A DNA stretch of 61,390 bases, from IMG/VR virus record IMGVR_UViG_3300050821_007029; one strand, written 5' to 3'. Shown here one piece after another: positions 1 through 7,885 of this stretch. The translations under genes were made by a program, and so were the position numbers. This DNA is from an uncultured virus (IMG/VR IMGVR_UViG_3300050821_007029) (lineage: Duplodnaviria > Heunggongvirae > Uroviricota > Caudoviricetes). Under the pieces are notes generated by a model. It was not told where the DNA came from. It made no database searches and saw only the letters and a list, made by a program, of their open reading frames with translations. Position 1 is the first letter of the stretch. Each line of letters begins with the position of its first letter.

Positions 1-87
1 GCCGAGCTTGACCTGACCCCGTACCGGGCGGAGACCATCCTCACGGCGGCGCGGGCCAACGGGCACCTCAACGAGGAGGACCACTGA
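1..87 (+). CDS. 3' end of a truncated ORF (possibly Spd-like or other conjugation accessory protein)
   Basis: Frame 1 is open from base 1 (AELDLTPYRAETILTAARANGHLNEEDH*). Its TGA overlaps the ATG at 87 (TGATG coupling). Function is inferred from context only. Confidence 0.5.
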   Translation, partial: AELDLTPYRAETILTAARANGHLNEEDH

Positions 88-485
88 TGCCAGCGAAAAT
101 CACCGCGGGCAGCGCGCAGGCGAAAACCCTCGCGGCGCTGTCGAACATGGAGTTGCGCGGCACCACCGACGTCGCCGCCTACGCCGCGTCGGTGCGCGCG
201 ATCGCGTATCACTTCGCCCTCGAACTCGACGTGACCGCGCATGAGCTGCAGGTCGTCCTGGGGAAGGCGAAAGGCAGCATGATGGACCGCTTCCAGGCGC
301 GGATGGCGGCACGCCGGGTCGTCCGCAAACTGCGGGCAGCGGCGGAAGACGCCCGGTCGGTGGGTGACAACGCCGCCCGGTTCTGGGCGGACTACACCCG
401 CACCTACGCCGAGGTGATCAACCCCGACCGCAAGACCCGCGACACGTGGCAGTTCACCGAGAAACCAGCCGCGAAGGCGAAGTAA
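87..485 (+). CDS. TraA-like plasmid transfer accessory protein
   Basis: 132 aa, helical, with ARMAARRVVRKLRAAAE resembling actinomycete plasmid/AICE TraA proteins. GAGGAGG RBS; lies directly upstream of the TraB-like gene. Confidence 0.55.
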   Translation: MPAKITAGSAQAKTLAALSNMELRGTTDVAAYAASVRAIAYHFALELDVTAHELQVVLGKAKGSMMDRFQARMAARRVVRKLRAAAEDARSVGDNAARFWADYTRTYAEVINPDRKTRDTWQFTEKPAAKAK

Positions 486-567
486 GCGAACTACGCCGGG
501 CGGTAAACGAAGCAAACCGGGGGCGCTGGTCAGCTCCCGCCGTCCCATATCACCGGAGGGTTCCCCG

Positions 568-2496
568 ATGGCGCGGAGCCGCGACCATGAGAACCACACC
601 CTGGAGCGTGTCGCCGCCGGGGAACTGTCCCGTGTCGTCGTCGTGGCGCCACCGTGGCTGGCGTGGATCGCGACCCTCACCGGCGGCCTGCTGCTGCGGC
701 TGGCGTGGCCGCAGTGGGAAGCCGCCGCGTGTGTCGGGTCCGGCGGCCTCGTCCTGTCCGTCTTGGCGGCGCATCTGACCCGTCACCGCGAAGGCCTCGG
801 CCGTTACCTCGCCGCGGTCACGGTCCTGCTCGCGTTCGGGTGGCTCGCCACCGCGGAGGCGGCTGGGCTGACCCGGGTGGTGGTGGGGGTGTGGTTCATC
901 GGCGGCATGGTCGTCGCGTTCGGGTGGTCGATGTGGGTTCACATCCATGAGGGCGGCGACGAAGCCGGTGTGCATCACCTGTTCGGCCGCGCCGCGAAAC
1001 CCGCCAGCCTCGAAGGCGCCAAGGTCCTGTCGGTCAAGCTGGCCGGCCGCAAGACTCACGCCGTCGTCCAGCACCCACCCGGTGGGGTCACCGCGGACCT
1101 GATCAAACGCGCCCCGAACCTGGAATCGGCGATGGGCCTGCCCCCGAAGTCGATCACCGTCAGCCCGCATGAGGACCACGCCGGCCGCTCCCACGTCGTG
1201 TTCTCCGACCCCCGCGTGCTGAAAACCCCGGTGCCGTGGCCGGGGCCGTCGCGGCCGGGGGCGTCGATCGCGGAACCGGTGCGGCTCGGTTTGTGGCAGG
1301 ACTCCGAGCCCATGGACTACCGGGTGGTCAACCACCACAACCAGGTGATGGGCGCCACCGGCGTTGGCAAGACCATGTCGATGGGGTGGTGTGAGATCGC
1401 GGAGACGGTCACCCGCTATGACGCGGCGGTGCTGGCGTTCGACATCACCAAGGGTGAGCAGTTCCTCGGTCCGCTGCGGCCCGCCCTGCATTGCCTGGAA
1501 ACCACCCCGGAGGAGGCGCGGGCCCGGCTGCGGGCCCTGCATCCGCTGGTGCGGGCCCGCACTGACTACCTCGCCACCCAGCACCTGCCGTCGTGGCGGG
1601 AAGGCTGCGGCCTGACACATCTGACGATCTGGCTGGAGGAATGCCCCGACATCATCGCGCTCCTCGACGACGACGACCTCGAGGCGTGGCTGAGTGACGT
1701 CAAAGCTGGGCGGTCGGCGGGGATCCGGTGGGTGCTGTCGCTGCAGCGGTCCGACTGGACGCAGATGCCCACTCTCGCCCGCGGGCAGCTCGCCAAGACC
1801 TGCTTCGGTGTCCTCGACGACCAGGACGCCAGCTTCGGCCTGTCCGCCCGCCAGGCCGACGCCGGCTGCAGCCCGGAGCACTGGGGTTCGAGCCAGCCGG
1901 GGATGGCCTACATCGACGCCCCGTCGATCCCGGACGACCGGCGGATCATGCCGTGGCGGGCGTTCTTCTGGGGTGACGACAGCCACCTGATCGCCGCCCA
2001 CGCCGCCGAGTGGCCAGCCACCGACCGTCCACTCGACCATGTGACAGCGGCCGCGCTGGCTGATCTGGCGGCCGCTCCAGTGTTCCCGGCTGAAAACCCC
2101 CGGCCGGCTACTGTGGCCACAGCACCGGCCACCACACACCCGGCCACCCTCCACGTGGTCGAACCACCCGAGGTGGCCGAAGGAGATGATGAACCCGTGG
2201 CCGACATCGAAGTGGACGAAGACACACCGTTCGGCGCGTGGAAGTTCGGCGGCGACGCGCCGGCCAGTGAGCCGATGGACGCCGCCACCGCCCGCGACGT
2301 GGTCCGCCGCCAGCTGAACGAGTGGCGGCTGAAAGGCCAGACCACCTTCGGCATCCCCGAGCTCTCCGCGGTGCGTGAACGGACCGGCCGGTCGAGGCCG
2401 TGGCTGTATGACGTCCTCGCCGAGTTCGAACGTGACGGGGTCCTGCGGCAGCGGGGCACCAGCCCGTGGACATGGGAGATCCAGAGTGCGGCCTGA
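568..2496 (+). CDS. traB: TraB-like FtsK/SpoIIIE-family conjugative DNA translocase
   Basis: N-terminal hydrophobic TM segments, Walker A GATGVGKT, Walker B-like TIWLEE, GRSAGIRWVLSLQR motif, C-terminal winged helix (GRSRPWLYD). GGAGG RBS. Confidence 0.85.
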   Translation: MARSRDHENHTLERVAAGELSRVVVVAPPWLAWIATLTGGLLLRLAWPQWEAAACVGSGGLVLSVLAAHLTRHREGLGRYLAAVTVLLAFGWLATAEAAGLTRVVVGVWFIGGMVVAFGWSMWVHIHEGGDEAGVHHLFGRAAKPASLEGAKVLSVKLAGRKTHAVVQHPPGGVTADLIKRAPNLESAMGLPPKSITVSPHEDHAGRSHVVFSDPRVLKTPVPWPGPSRPGASIAEPVRLGLWQDSEPMDYRVVNHHNQVMGATGVGKTMSMGWCEIAETVTRYDAAVLAFDITKGEQFLGPLRPALHCLETTPEEARARLRALHPLVRARTDYLATQHLPSWREGCGLTHLTIWLEECPDIIALLDDDDLEAWLSDVKAGRSAGIRWVLSLQRSDWTQMPTLARGQLAKTCFGVLDDQDASFGLSARQADAGCSPEHWGSSQPGMAYIDAPSIPDDRRIMPWRAFFWGDDSHLIAAHAAEWPATDRPLDHVTAAALADLAAAPVFPAENPRPATVATAPATTHPATLHVVEPPEVAEGDDEPVADIEVDEDTPFGAWKFGGDAPASEPMDAATARDVVRRQLNEWRLKGQTTFGIPELSAVRERTGRSRPWLYDVLAEFERDGVLRQRGTSPWTWEIQSAA

Positions 2497-2749
2497 CCCG
2501 GAGAAGACCGAGATCATCCCCTTGAAGGCGTCCACGGTCCTGGCGCCTCACCGGGCCGTCGTGGTGCCGTGGCTGCGGCGCCACTCGTGGGCGCTGACCA
2601 TCGGACTGGCGGTGGTGTTCCTCGCCACCGCCAACCTCTGGTCCCCCATGACACCCCGCCACTACGCCGAACTCGCCGGCTTGTACGTGGTGGCGTTCGG
2701 CGGCGCGTACGTGGGCTCCCGCGGGCGCCCGGGCAGGCACAGGTCATGA
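2486..2749 (+). CDS. small two-TM membrane protein (Spd-like)
   Basis: GTG at 2486 overlaps the traB end; two hydrophobic segments (WALTIGLAVVFLAT, LAGLYVVAFGGAYV). Confidence 0.55.
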   Translation: MRPDPEKTEIIPLKASTVLAPHRAVVVPWLRRHSWALTIGLAVVFLATANLWSPMTPRHYAELAGLYVVAFGGAYVGSRGRPGRHRS

Positions 2750-2836
2750 TCATCCGCGGGCGGGCGTGGGCCCGGGCGGGCAGCCGCGTGGGGGCTGGGG
2801 GTGTCAGCGCGGGAGAGAGCCGCTGGTCACACGCCC

Positions 2837-2929
2837 CTGACGTGATCATCCGACGCCCGCTGAGGGTGCCTGACGTTGATCGTCCGACGTTTTCCAGGGA
2901 CAGTCTGACGTGATCATCGACCATCCGAC
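2837..2929. repeat. three imperfect direct repeats CTGACGT(T)GATCRTC(C)GAC, candidate clt/TraB-recognition locus
   Basis: Copies at 2837-2854, 2870-2888 and 2905-2921 (plus CATCCGAC at 2922-2929), spaced 33-35 bp, in the intergenic gap downstream of traB. Confidence 0.65.
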
Positions 2930-2947
2930 AGCCTTGGAAAGGGTTGA

Positions 2948-3781
2948 GTGACGATGTGGGGCAGGCTCCGGCGCGGTAGATCGCCTGCGGCCCAACTGCT
3001 GGCGGGACTGGGTGCGGAGACGTTCGGCTGCTTTCCCAGTCAGGGCTTTTGCGTCTACTGCCTGTGGGATGACCGTGACGTCTTGCTCTATGTGGGCCAG
3101 ACGACGAACCTCCTGCGCCGTCTCGGTGAGCATCAGCAGTCCCCGACGAGAGGCGCTTTCGTTCGGGTCTCCCTGTTCCGGTGTTACAGCGAGCGCCAGA
3201 TGCACCTCACGGAGGAGTGGCTAATCGACCGATTGCAGCCCCCCTTGAACGTGTGGGGCACCCGCGACCAGGAGGAACGCGCCAATAGCCGCATGGAAAG
3301 GGGCCGCGCCGCGTGGGCTGAGTCGAAGCAGGAGTTCGCGGAGATAGCCCGGCGGGAAGGCTGGGCTAAGGTTCAGCTGCGTCCTATGCCAGAACCGCGC
3401 AAGCGGCGGCGTTATCACCGTGAGCCCCCTTTGGCGCCCCCAATCGCGCCTGGCCTTCCGGTTCCCCCGGACGTTACGGCTGAGGTGCCCGAGGGTGGCG
3501 TCGAGGTTCCCGCAGCTCCGGTGACATTCCCGTTCTCACCGGAGCTTTCGACTGCGCGCTTCCGGGAGTGGCTCGCGCGGCATCCGGCTGGGTGGGTGTT
3601 CAAAGCATCCGATCTCGCGCCCATAGCGCTGGAGGTTGGCCGGTCGCGGCCGTGGTTGTACGACAAGATTGAGGAACTCGAAGCCGATGGCTCCATAGTC
3701 CGTCTAGGCGGGCAGCCCATGCAGTGGCGCTTGCGCCCGCTGCTGCTTAGCCCGGCTGATGCGGAGGCCGCCGGTGAGTGA
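2948..3781 (+). CDS. GIY-YIG endonuclease with a C-terminal TraB-like winged-helix domain
   Basis: CVYCL...LLYVGQTTNLLRRLGEH...EEWLIDRLQPPLN is a GIY-YIG core. The C-terminus shares GRSRPWLYD with TraB. Confidence 0.8.
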   Translation: MTMWGRLRRGRSPAAQLLAGLGAETFGCFPSQGFCVYCLWDDRDVLLYVGQTTNLLRRLGEHQQSPTRGAFVRVSLFRCYSERQMHLTEEWLIDRLQPPLNVWGTRDQEERANSRMERGRAAWAESKQEFAEIARREGWAKVQLRPMPEPRKRRRYHREPPLAPPIAPGLPVPPDVTAEVPEGGVEVPAAPVTFPFSPELSTARFREWLARHPAGWVFKASDLAPIALEVGRSRPWLYDKIEELEADGSIVRLGGQPMQWRLRPLLLSPADAEAAGE

Positions 3782-4079
3782 CCGCAGCCCTGGCCGGAGT
3801 CTCGCGCTGGCCGCCCTGATCCTTTTCGTCCTCGCGGCCGCCAGCCACAGCCTGGCCGCCATCGGGTGGGCGGTCCTGGCCGACGGGGCACTGGGCGCCT
3901 ATTACCTGTTCGACGTCCGCCGGCGGCCGTTCCTCCGCTGCGGCCGCTGCGGTGGGAGCAACCGGCTGCATTCGAAGGTGTGGACGTACGCGTTCGGCCA
4001 CTGCGGCCGATGCCACGGCACCGGGAAACGGCTCCGCCTGGGCGCCCGTGTGTTCTTCGGCCAGAAAGGACTCCGATGA
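3774..4079 (+). CDS. membrane protein with a DnaJ-like CxxCxG zinc-finger pair
   Basis: Two TM segments, then CGRCGG...CGRCHGTGKR. Similar small proteins commonly neighbour traB in actinomycete elements. ATGA overlap with the next gene. Confidence 0.65.
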   Translation: MSDRSPGRSLALAALILFVLAAASHSLAAIGWAVLADGALGAYYLFDVRRRPFLRCGRCGGSNRLHSKVWTYAFGHCGRCHGTGKRLRLGARVFFGQKGLR

Positions 4080-5416
4080 CGGCCACACTGGCCACGTTGT
4101 CCACCGGCGTGGAGCCACTGTCCGCGACCCGTGTCCGACTGACCGTGGACGTGCCGTTCAGCTATCTGCGGGAACCACTGGCGGCCGCGTACCGGGACGC
4201 CGCGAAACAGGTCATGGTCCCCGGGTTCCGCCCGGGGCACGCCCCCCCGAGGCTGATCGACCGCCGTGTCGGCCGGAAGACGGTGATCCAGCAGGCGCTG
4301 CGGCAGGTGCTGCCGGACCTGTACCGGGCGGCGGTGAAAGACGCCGGCCTACGTGTTCTTGGTGACCCGGACCTTGACGTCACCACCGTCGTCGATGAAG
4401 CCCATGTGGTGTTCACCGCCGACGTTGATGTCCGCCCCGAGATCACCCTCCCCGATTTCAGCGGCCTGGAAGTCACAGTCGACACCGCTGAGGTCACCGG
4501 CGGGGAGGTGGATGAGTTCCTGGCGGAGATGCGGGAACGGTTCGCGTGGCTCGAACCCGTCCACCGCCCCGCCAGCGCCAGCGACTACGTGACGCTGAGC
4601 ATGTCCGCGTCAGCCGGCGGCGAGCTCGTCAGCGACGCGCAGGTGACGCAGGTGTCCTACATGGTGGGCGCCGGAACCCTGTTCGCGTCCCTCGACACCG
4701 CCCTCACCGGCCTCAGCGCCGGCGACGTGACCATGGTCCGGGACAAGCTCCTCGGCGGCTCCCACGCCGGGCGGGAAGCCGACATCAAAGTCACCGTCGG
4801 CCGGGTCGCCGTCAAGGTCCTCCCCGAACTCGGCGACAAGTTCGCCGCGGACGCCAGCGAACACGACACCCTCACCGCGTGGCGCGAAACCATCACCCGG
4901 GACCTGGCCGCGGCGAAACGCGCCCGCCAGGCTGAGCAGGCCAGCCAGCGCGCTGTCGACGCGGTCCTCGCCGTGACCGATTTCCCGTTGCCTGAGTCGG
5001 CCGTCACGACGGCGGTGGAACAGCGGGAACGTCTCCTGCGGCGCCAGCCCGGAACCGGTGGGGTGTCCAGCGACATCGCCGGAGCGCGGCTGCCCGGCGC
5101 CGCTGACCTCGGCGGTGAGGTAATGGCGGAGGCGGAGAAGTCGGTGCGGACCGGGCTGCTTCTCGACCAGGTCGCCGAGGTCGCTGGGCTCACCACCGAC
5201 GGGGAGGAAGTCGCGGCGTTCGTCTCGGCGAAAGCCACCGAAGCGGGTGTCGACCCCGGCGATTTCCTGTCCGAAGTCACCGCGTATCACCAGGAGGCGG
5301 CGTTCGCCGTGGAGGTGCTCCGGGGCAAAGCCCTGGCGTGGCTCGCGTCTCAGGTCACCGTCCACGACACCGCCGGCGTCCCCGTCGACGTCACCGCGCT
5401 CAGGGAGGCCCAGTGA
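4076..5416 (+). CDS. tig: trigger factor (ribosome-associated chaperone/PPIase)
   Basis: Ribosome-binding signature VPGFRPGHAP, N-terminal VEPLSATRVRLTVDVPF, DVRPEITLPDFSGLEV, VKVLPELGDKFA. AAAGGA RBS before ATG 4076; 446 aa. Confidence 0.9.
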   Translation: MTATLATLSTGVEPLSATRVRLTVDVPFSYLREPLAAAYRDAAKQVMVPGFRPGHAPPRLIDRRVGRKTVIQQALRQVLPDLYRAAVKDAGLRVLGDPDLDVTTVVDEAHVVFTADVDVRPEITLPDFSGLEVTVDTAEVTGGEVDEFLAEMRERFAWLEPVHRPASASDYVTLSMSASAGGELVSDAQVTQVSYMVGAGTLFASLDTALTGLSAGDVTMVRDKLLGGSHAGREADIKVTVGRVAVKVLPELGDKFAADASEHDTLTAWRETITRDLAAAKRARQAEQASQRAVDAVLAVTDFPLPESAVTTAVEQRERLLRRQPGTGGVSSDIAGARLPGAADLGGEVMAEAEKSVRTGLLLDQVAEVAGLTTDGEEVAAFVSAKATEAGVDPGDFLSEVTAYHQEAAFAVEVLRGKALAWLASQVTVHDTAGVPVDVTALREAQ

Positions 5417-5901
5417 ACCAGCCAAGGGTGATCATGGGTGAGGTGTTCGGCCGGGCCGTCGCCGACGCTCTTGGCCTGGGTGATGGCTCCGGGATCCGCC
5501 GCATCGTAATCGACGCCCAGGCCGGCCGCGAACTTAAAGGCCACGTCGAGCATTACGGCGACGAACGGCTCCTGAATGTGGTGCCGCTCCTTGACGGTGT
5601 CGAAGTACACACCGGCACGCCACAGCGCGACCCCGGGGCACCCACGGCCACCCAGGCCATCTGGGACGCCGCCGGGGCAGCGGCCCGCCCGTTCGCCGCG
5701 GGCATCGCTGAGCAAGCCGCGGTCAGCGGCGACCTGAAAGTCATCGGCCGCGGCGTCGCCCGGGTCGCCCGCGCGGTCCTCACGGCCGTGGAGCCGCTGA
5801 TCCGCGCTGACGAACGCGCTCGCTGTTATCAGCCCACACATGGCCCTGACGAGCCGGATCAGCCGCCACCAGGCCCGGCGGGCACGTCAGGCGGCAGCTG
5901 A
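5413..5901 (+). CDS. hypothetical protein
   Basis: GTG overlaps the tig stop; translationally coupled to the next ORF. Confidence 0.55.
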   Translation: MNQPRVIMGEVFGRAVADALGLGDGSGIRRIVIDAQAGRELKGHVEHYGDERLLNVVPLLDGVEVHTGTPQRDPGAPTATQAIWDAAGAAARPFAAGIAEQAAVSGDLKVIGRGVARVARAVLTAVEPLIRADERARCYQPTHGPDEPDQPPPGPAGTSGGS

Positions 5902-6137
5902 TGCCGGGCGTCGTGGTGGAGCTCACCGACGGCTGCGAGGAGTATGAGGGAGGCGACTGTGTCCTCGGCGTCACGGGCCCCTTCCGGAACAAGGAAGCAG
6001 CCCGGGAGGCGTTCACCGCGGCGAAAGCCGCCGGGAACCGGCCTCACTGGGTTTCGCTGACGTCGCCGCTGGACTGGGATGCTTACCACGCGGGGCGGGC
6101 TCAGCCCGTGGTTGACCACGGGGACGTTTCTACATAA
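5901..6137 (+). CDS. hypothetical protein
   Basis: TGATG coupling; 78 aa with plausible composition. Confidence 0.55.
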   Translation: MPGVVVELTDGCEEYEGGDCVLGVTGPFRNKEAAREAFTAAKAAGNRPHWVSLTSPLDWDAYHAGRAQPVVDHGDVST

Positions 6138-6179
6138 GCTCGCGGTGACCGCCAACCACCACACCCGGAGGCACCCAAG

Positions 6180-6764
6180 GTGATGGGTCATACGCACAGC
6201 TTGTGCGGCGCCGCGGGGTGGCTCGCCACCAGCGCCTACCTTCACCTGCGCCCAGCGGCCGCGTTCGGCGGCGCGGCGATCTGCGGCCTCGCCGCGGTCT
6301 GCAACGACATCGACTCCAAACGCAGCGAAGCGTCCCGGTCCCTCGGCTACGTCACCGGCATCGTCTCCTGGGGGATCAGGAAGTCCTGCGGCGGCCACCG
6401 GAAAATCACCCACAGCCTCCTCGGGATCGCCTTGTTCGCCGGCGGCGCGGCGCTCGCCGTCCAGGCGGCGCACTGGCCCATGTGGATCGCCTGGGCGCTC
6501 ATCCTCGGATTCGTCAACCACACGGTCATGGACATGCTGACGAAGGAAGGCTGCCCGCTGCTGTGGCCCTGGTCAATGGTCCATTTCGCGTTGCTGCCCC
6601 GGTTCCTCCGGGTGACGACAGGCGGTAAGACCCGCCGGAAGCGCCGCCGGAACCAGGGCCGCGTCCACCATCATCTGCGGCGCGGCAGCGAGTATGTGGT
6701 GGTCCAGCCCCTCGCCGCCCTTGCCGCGCTGGGCAGCGTCATCCTGCTCGCCCTCGGCCGCTAG
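6180..6764 (+). CDS. YdjM-like membrane-bound metal-dependent hydrolase
   Basis: MMGHTH, DIDS, HRKITHSL and NHTVMDMLT..GCPLLWP motifs with TM segments. Confidence 0.85.
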   Translation: MMGHTHSLCGAAGWLATSAYLHLRPAAAFGGAAICGLAAVCNDIDSKRSEASRSLGYVTGIVSWGIRKSCGGHRKITHSLLGIALFAGGAALAVQAAHWPMWIAWALILGFVNHTVMDMLTKEGCPLLWPWSMVHFALLPRFLRVTTGGKTRRKRRRNQGRVHHHLRRGSEYVVVQPLAALAALGSVILLALGR

Positions 6765-6775
6765 GAGACACATCC

Positions 6776-7219
6776 GTGGAAGCCGAACCGGAACTCGCTC
6801 ACCTGGCCGCTGAGATCATCGTGCTGGGGGAGATCCAGGGCCAGCCGTGGGTACTGCTCGTGAAGCGCCGCTACCAGCCCTACCAGGGACAGTGGGCGCT
6901 GCCCGGCGGCCAGGCCGACGTGGGGGAAGACCTGCGCGCCACCGCGATCCGCGAGCTCCGCGAAGAAACGGGGCTCACCGCCGGGCTTCTGCGGCTCGTC
7001 GGAGTGTACGGGTACCCAGGCCGTGATCCTCGGGGACGATGGGTCAGCTGGGCGTACCTGAAACTCGTCGCCGGGGAACTGCCGACCGCGACGGCCGGCG
7101 ATGACGCGGCCGACGTCAGGTGGCATCCGGCGCGTGAAATCGCGTATGGGGGAATGCGGGTCGCGTTCGACCACGCTCACCTGGTCCGTGACGCGCTGCG
7201 GCTGGCGTCGTTCACCTGA
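6776..7219 (+). CDS. NUDIX hydrolase (ADP-ribose pyrophosphatase-like)
   Basis: Nudix box GGQADVGEDLRATAIRELREETGL, plus GRDPRG and AFDH motifs. AGGAG RBS. Confidence 0.92.
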   Translation: MEAEPELAHLAAEIIVLGEIQGQPWVLLVKRRYQPYQGQWALPGGQADVGEDLRATAIRELREETGLTAGLLRLVGVYGYPGRDPRGRWVSWAYLKLVAGELPTATAGDDAADVRWHPAREIAYGGMRVAFDHAHLVRDALRLASFT

Positions 7220-7226
7220 CCGGCGG

Positions 7227-7301
7227 TCAGGCCCCGCGGATCAGCCACACGATCAGGATGATCACCAGGATCAAGACGATCAGCCCACCCCCGACGTACA
7301 T
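7227..7301 (-). CDS. 24-aa single-TM small protein (MYVGGGLIVLILVIILIVWLIRGA)
   Basis: Translated by hand (below the ORF-track cutoff); strong GAGGAGG RBS upstream of the ATG. Confidence 0.7.
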   Translation of the reverse strand: MYVGGGLIVLILVIILIVWLIRGA

Positions 7302-7313
7302 GGAGCGGCCTCC

Positions 7314-7424
7314 TCAGCGGCGTGTCTGGTCAGGCGTCAGCAGCCGGAACAGCCACGGCAGTTCAGAACCGGGGCGGATGGTGTCGAGGGTCGCGGCGAA
7401 GCTGTTGCTGTTGGAGAGGTTCAT
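7314..7424 (-). CDS. 36-aa hypothetical protein
   Basis: Hand-translated MNLSNSNSFAATLDTIRPGSELPWLFRLLTPDQTRR; fills the gap between co-oriented genes. Confidence 0.35.
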   Translation of the reverse strand: MNLSNSNSFAATLDTIRPGSELPWLFRLLTPDQTRR

Positions 7425-7444
7425 GCCCGTGACGGTACGCCTGC

Positions 7445-7885
7445 TCACTCTGGATTGACAGCGCCTGTCGCCTGGGTGCGCCGGTCCAGGTCGGTGCCGT
7501 AGTCGAGCAGCAGGTACGGATCGTTCCCGGGACCATGGGCGGGTGGGGTGACCGGCTGCCCGTCTATGCGGAAGAACTCCGCGCGTTCATGGCGTTCGAC
7601 AAGGCCGATCTGGTCGAACAGCCACCACTTCCATGACCGCTCGTTGTACGCGGCGGGTGGCACGAGCATGTAATGCGCCACGAGGATGGTGTGTCCGGGG
7701 TGGTAGCTGTCCGGCACACGGGTGGTGATGACGAGCGTCAATCCCCGTGAGCCTTGCCCCCGGTCGGTGTCGGCGAGACGGAACGTCCACCCGTCCCGGT
7801 AGGAGAGGCGGTCCACGATGCTGGCGAGTTCGCGCGGGTAGGGCGCCACCTGCGTCATGGTTTCCGGCGTGGTGTGGTCGTTCAT
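7445..7885 (-). CDS. hypothetical phage protein
   Basis: 146 aa with globular composition; ATG overlaps the upstream stop. Confidence 0.7.
   Translation of the reverse strand: MNDHTTPETMTQVAPYPRELASIVDRLSYRDGWTFRLADTDRGQGSRGLTLVITTRVPDSYHPGHTILVAHYMLVPPAAYNERSWKWWLFDQIGLVERHERAEFFRIDGQPVTPPAHGPGNDPYLLLDYGTDLDRRTQATGAVNPE

Noticed and set aside
550..2535. 661-aa minus-strand ORF and other long antisense ORFs (e.g. 45795..47396, 52161..53483, 7747..9033, 38620..39957)
   Set aside because: These are shadow frames of well-supported genes in high-GC DNA, Arg/Pro/Gly-rich and without motifs.
2837..2929. Mini CRISPR array
   Set aside because: Repeats of 17-19 bp with ~15-bp gaps are too short, and there are no cas genes.
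4076..5416. Host chromosomal tig-clpP-clpX locus marking a prophage boundary
   Set aside because: No clpP, clpX or tRNA is adjacent, and tig is coupled to element-type genes on both sides.
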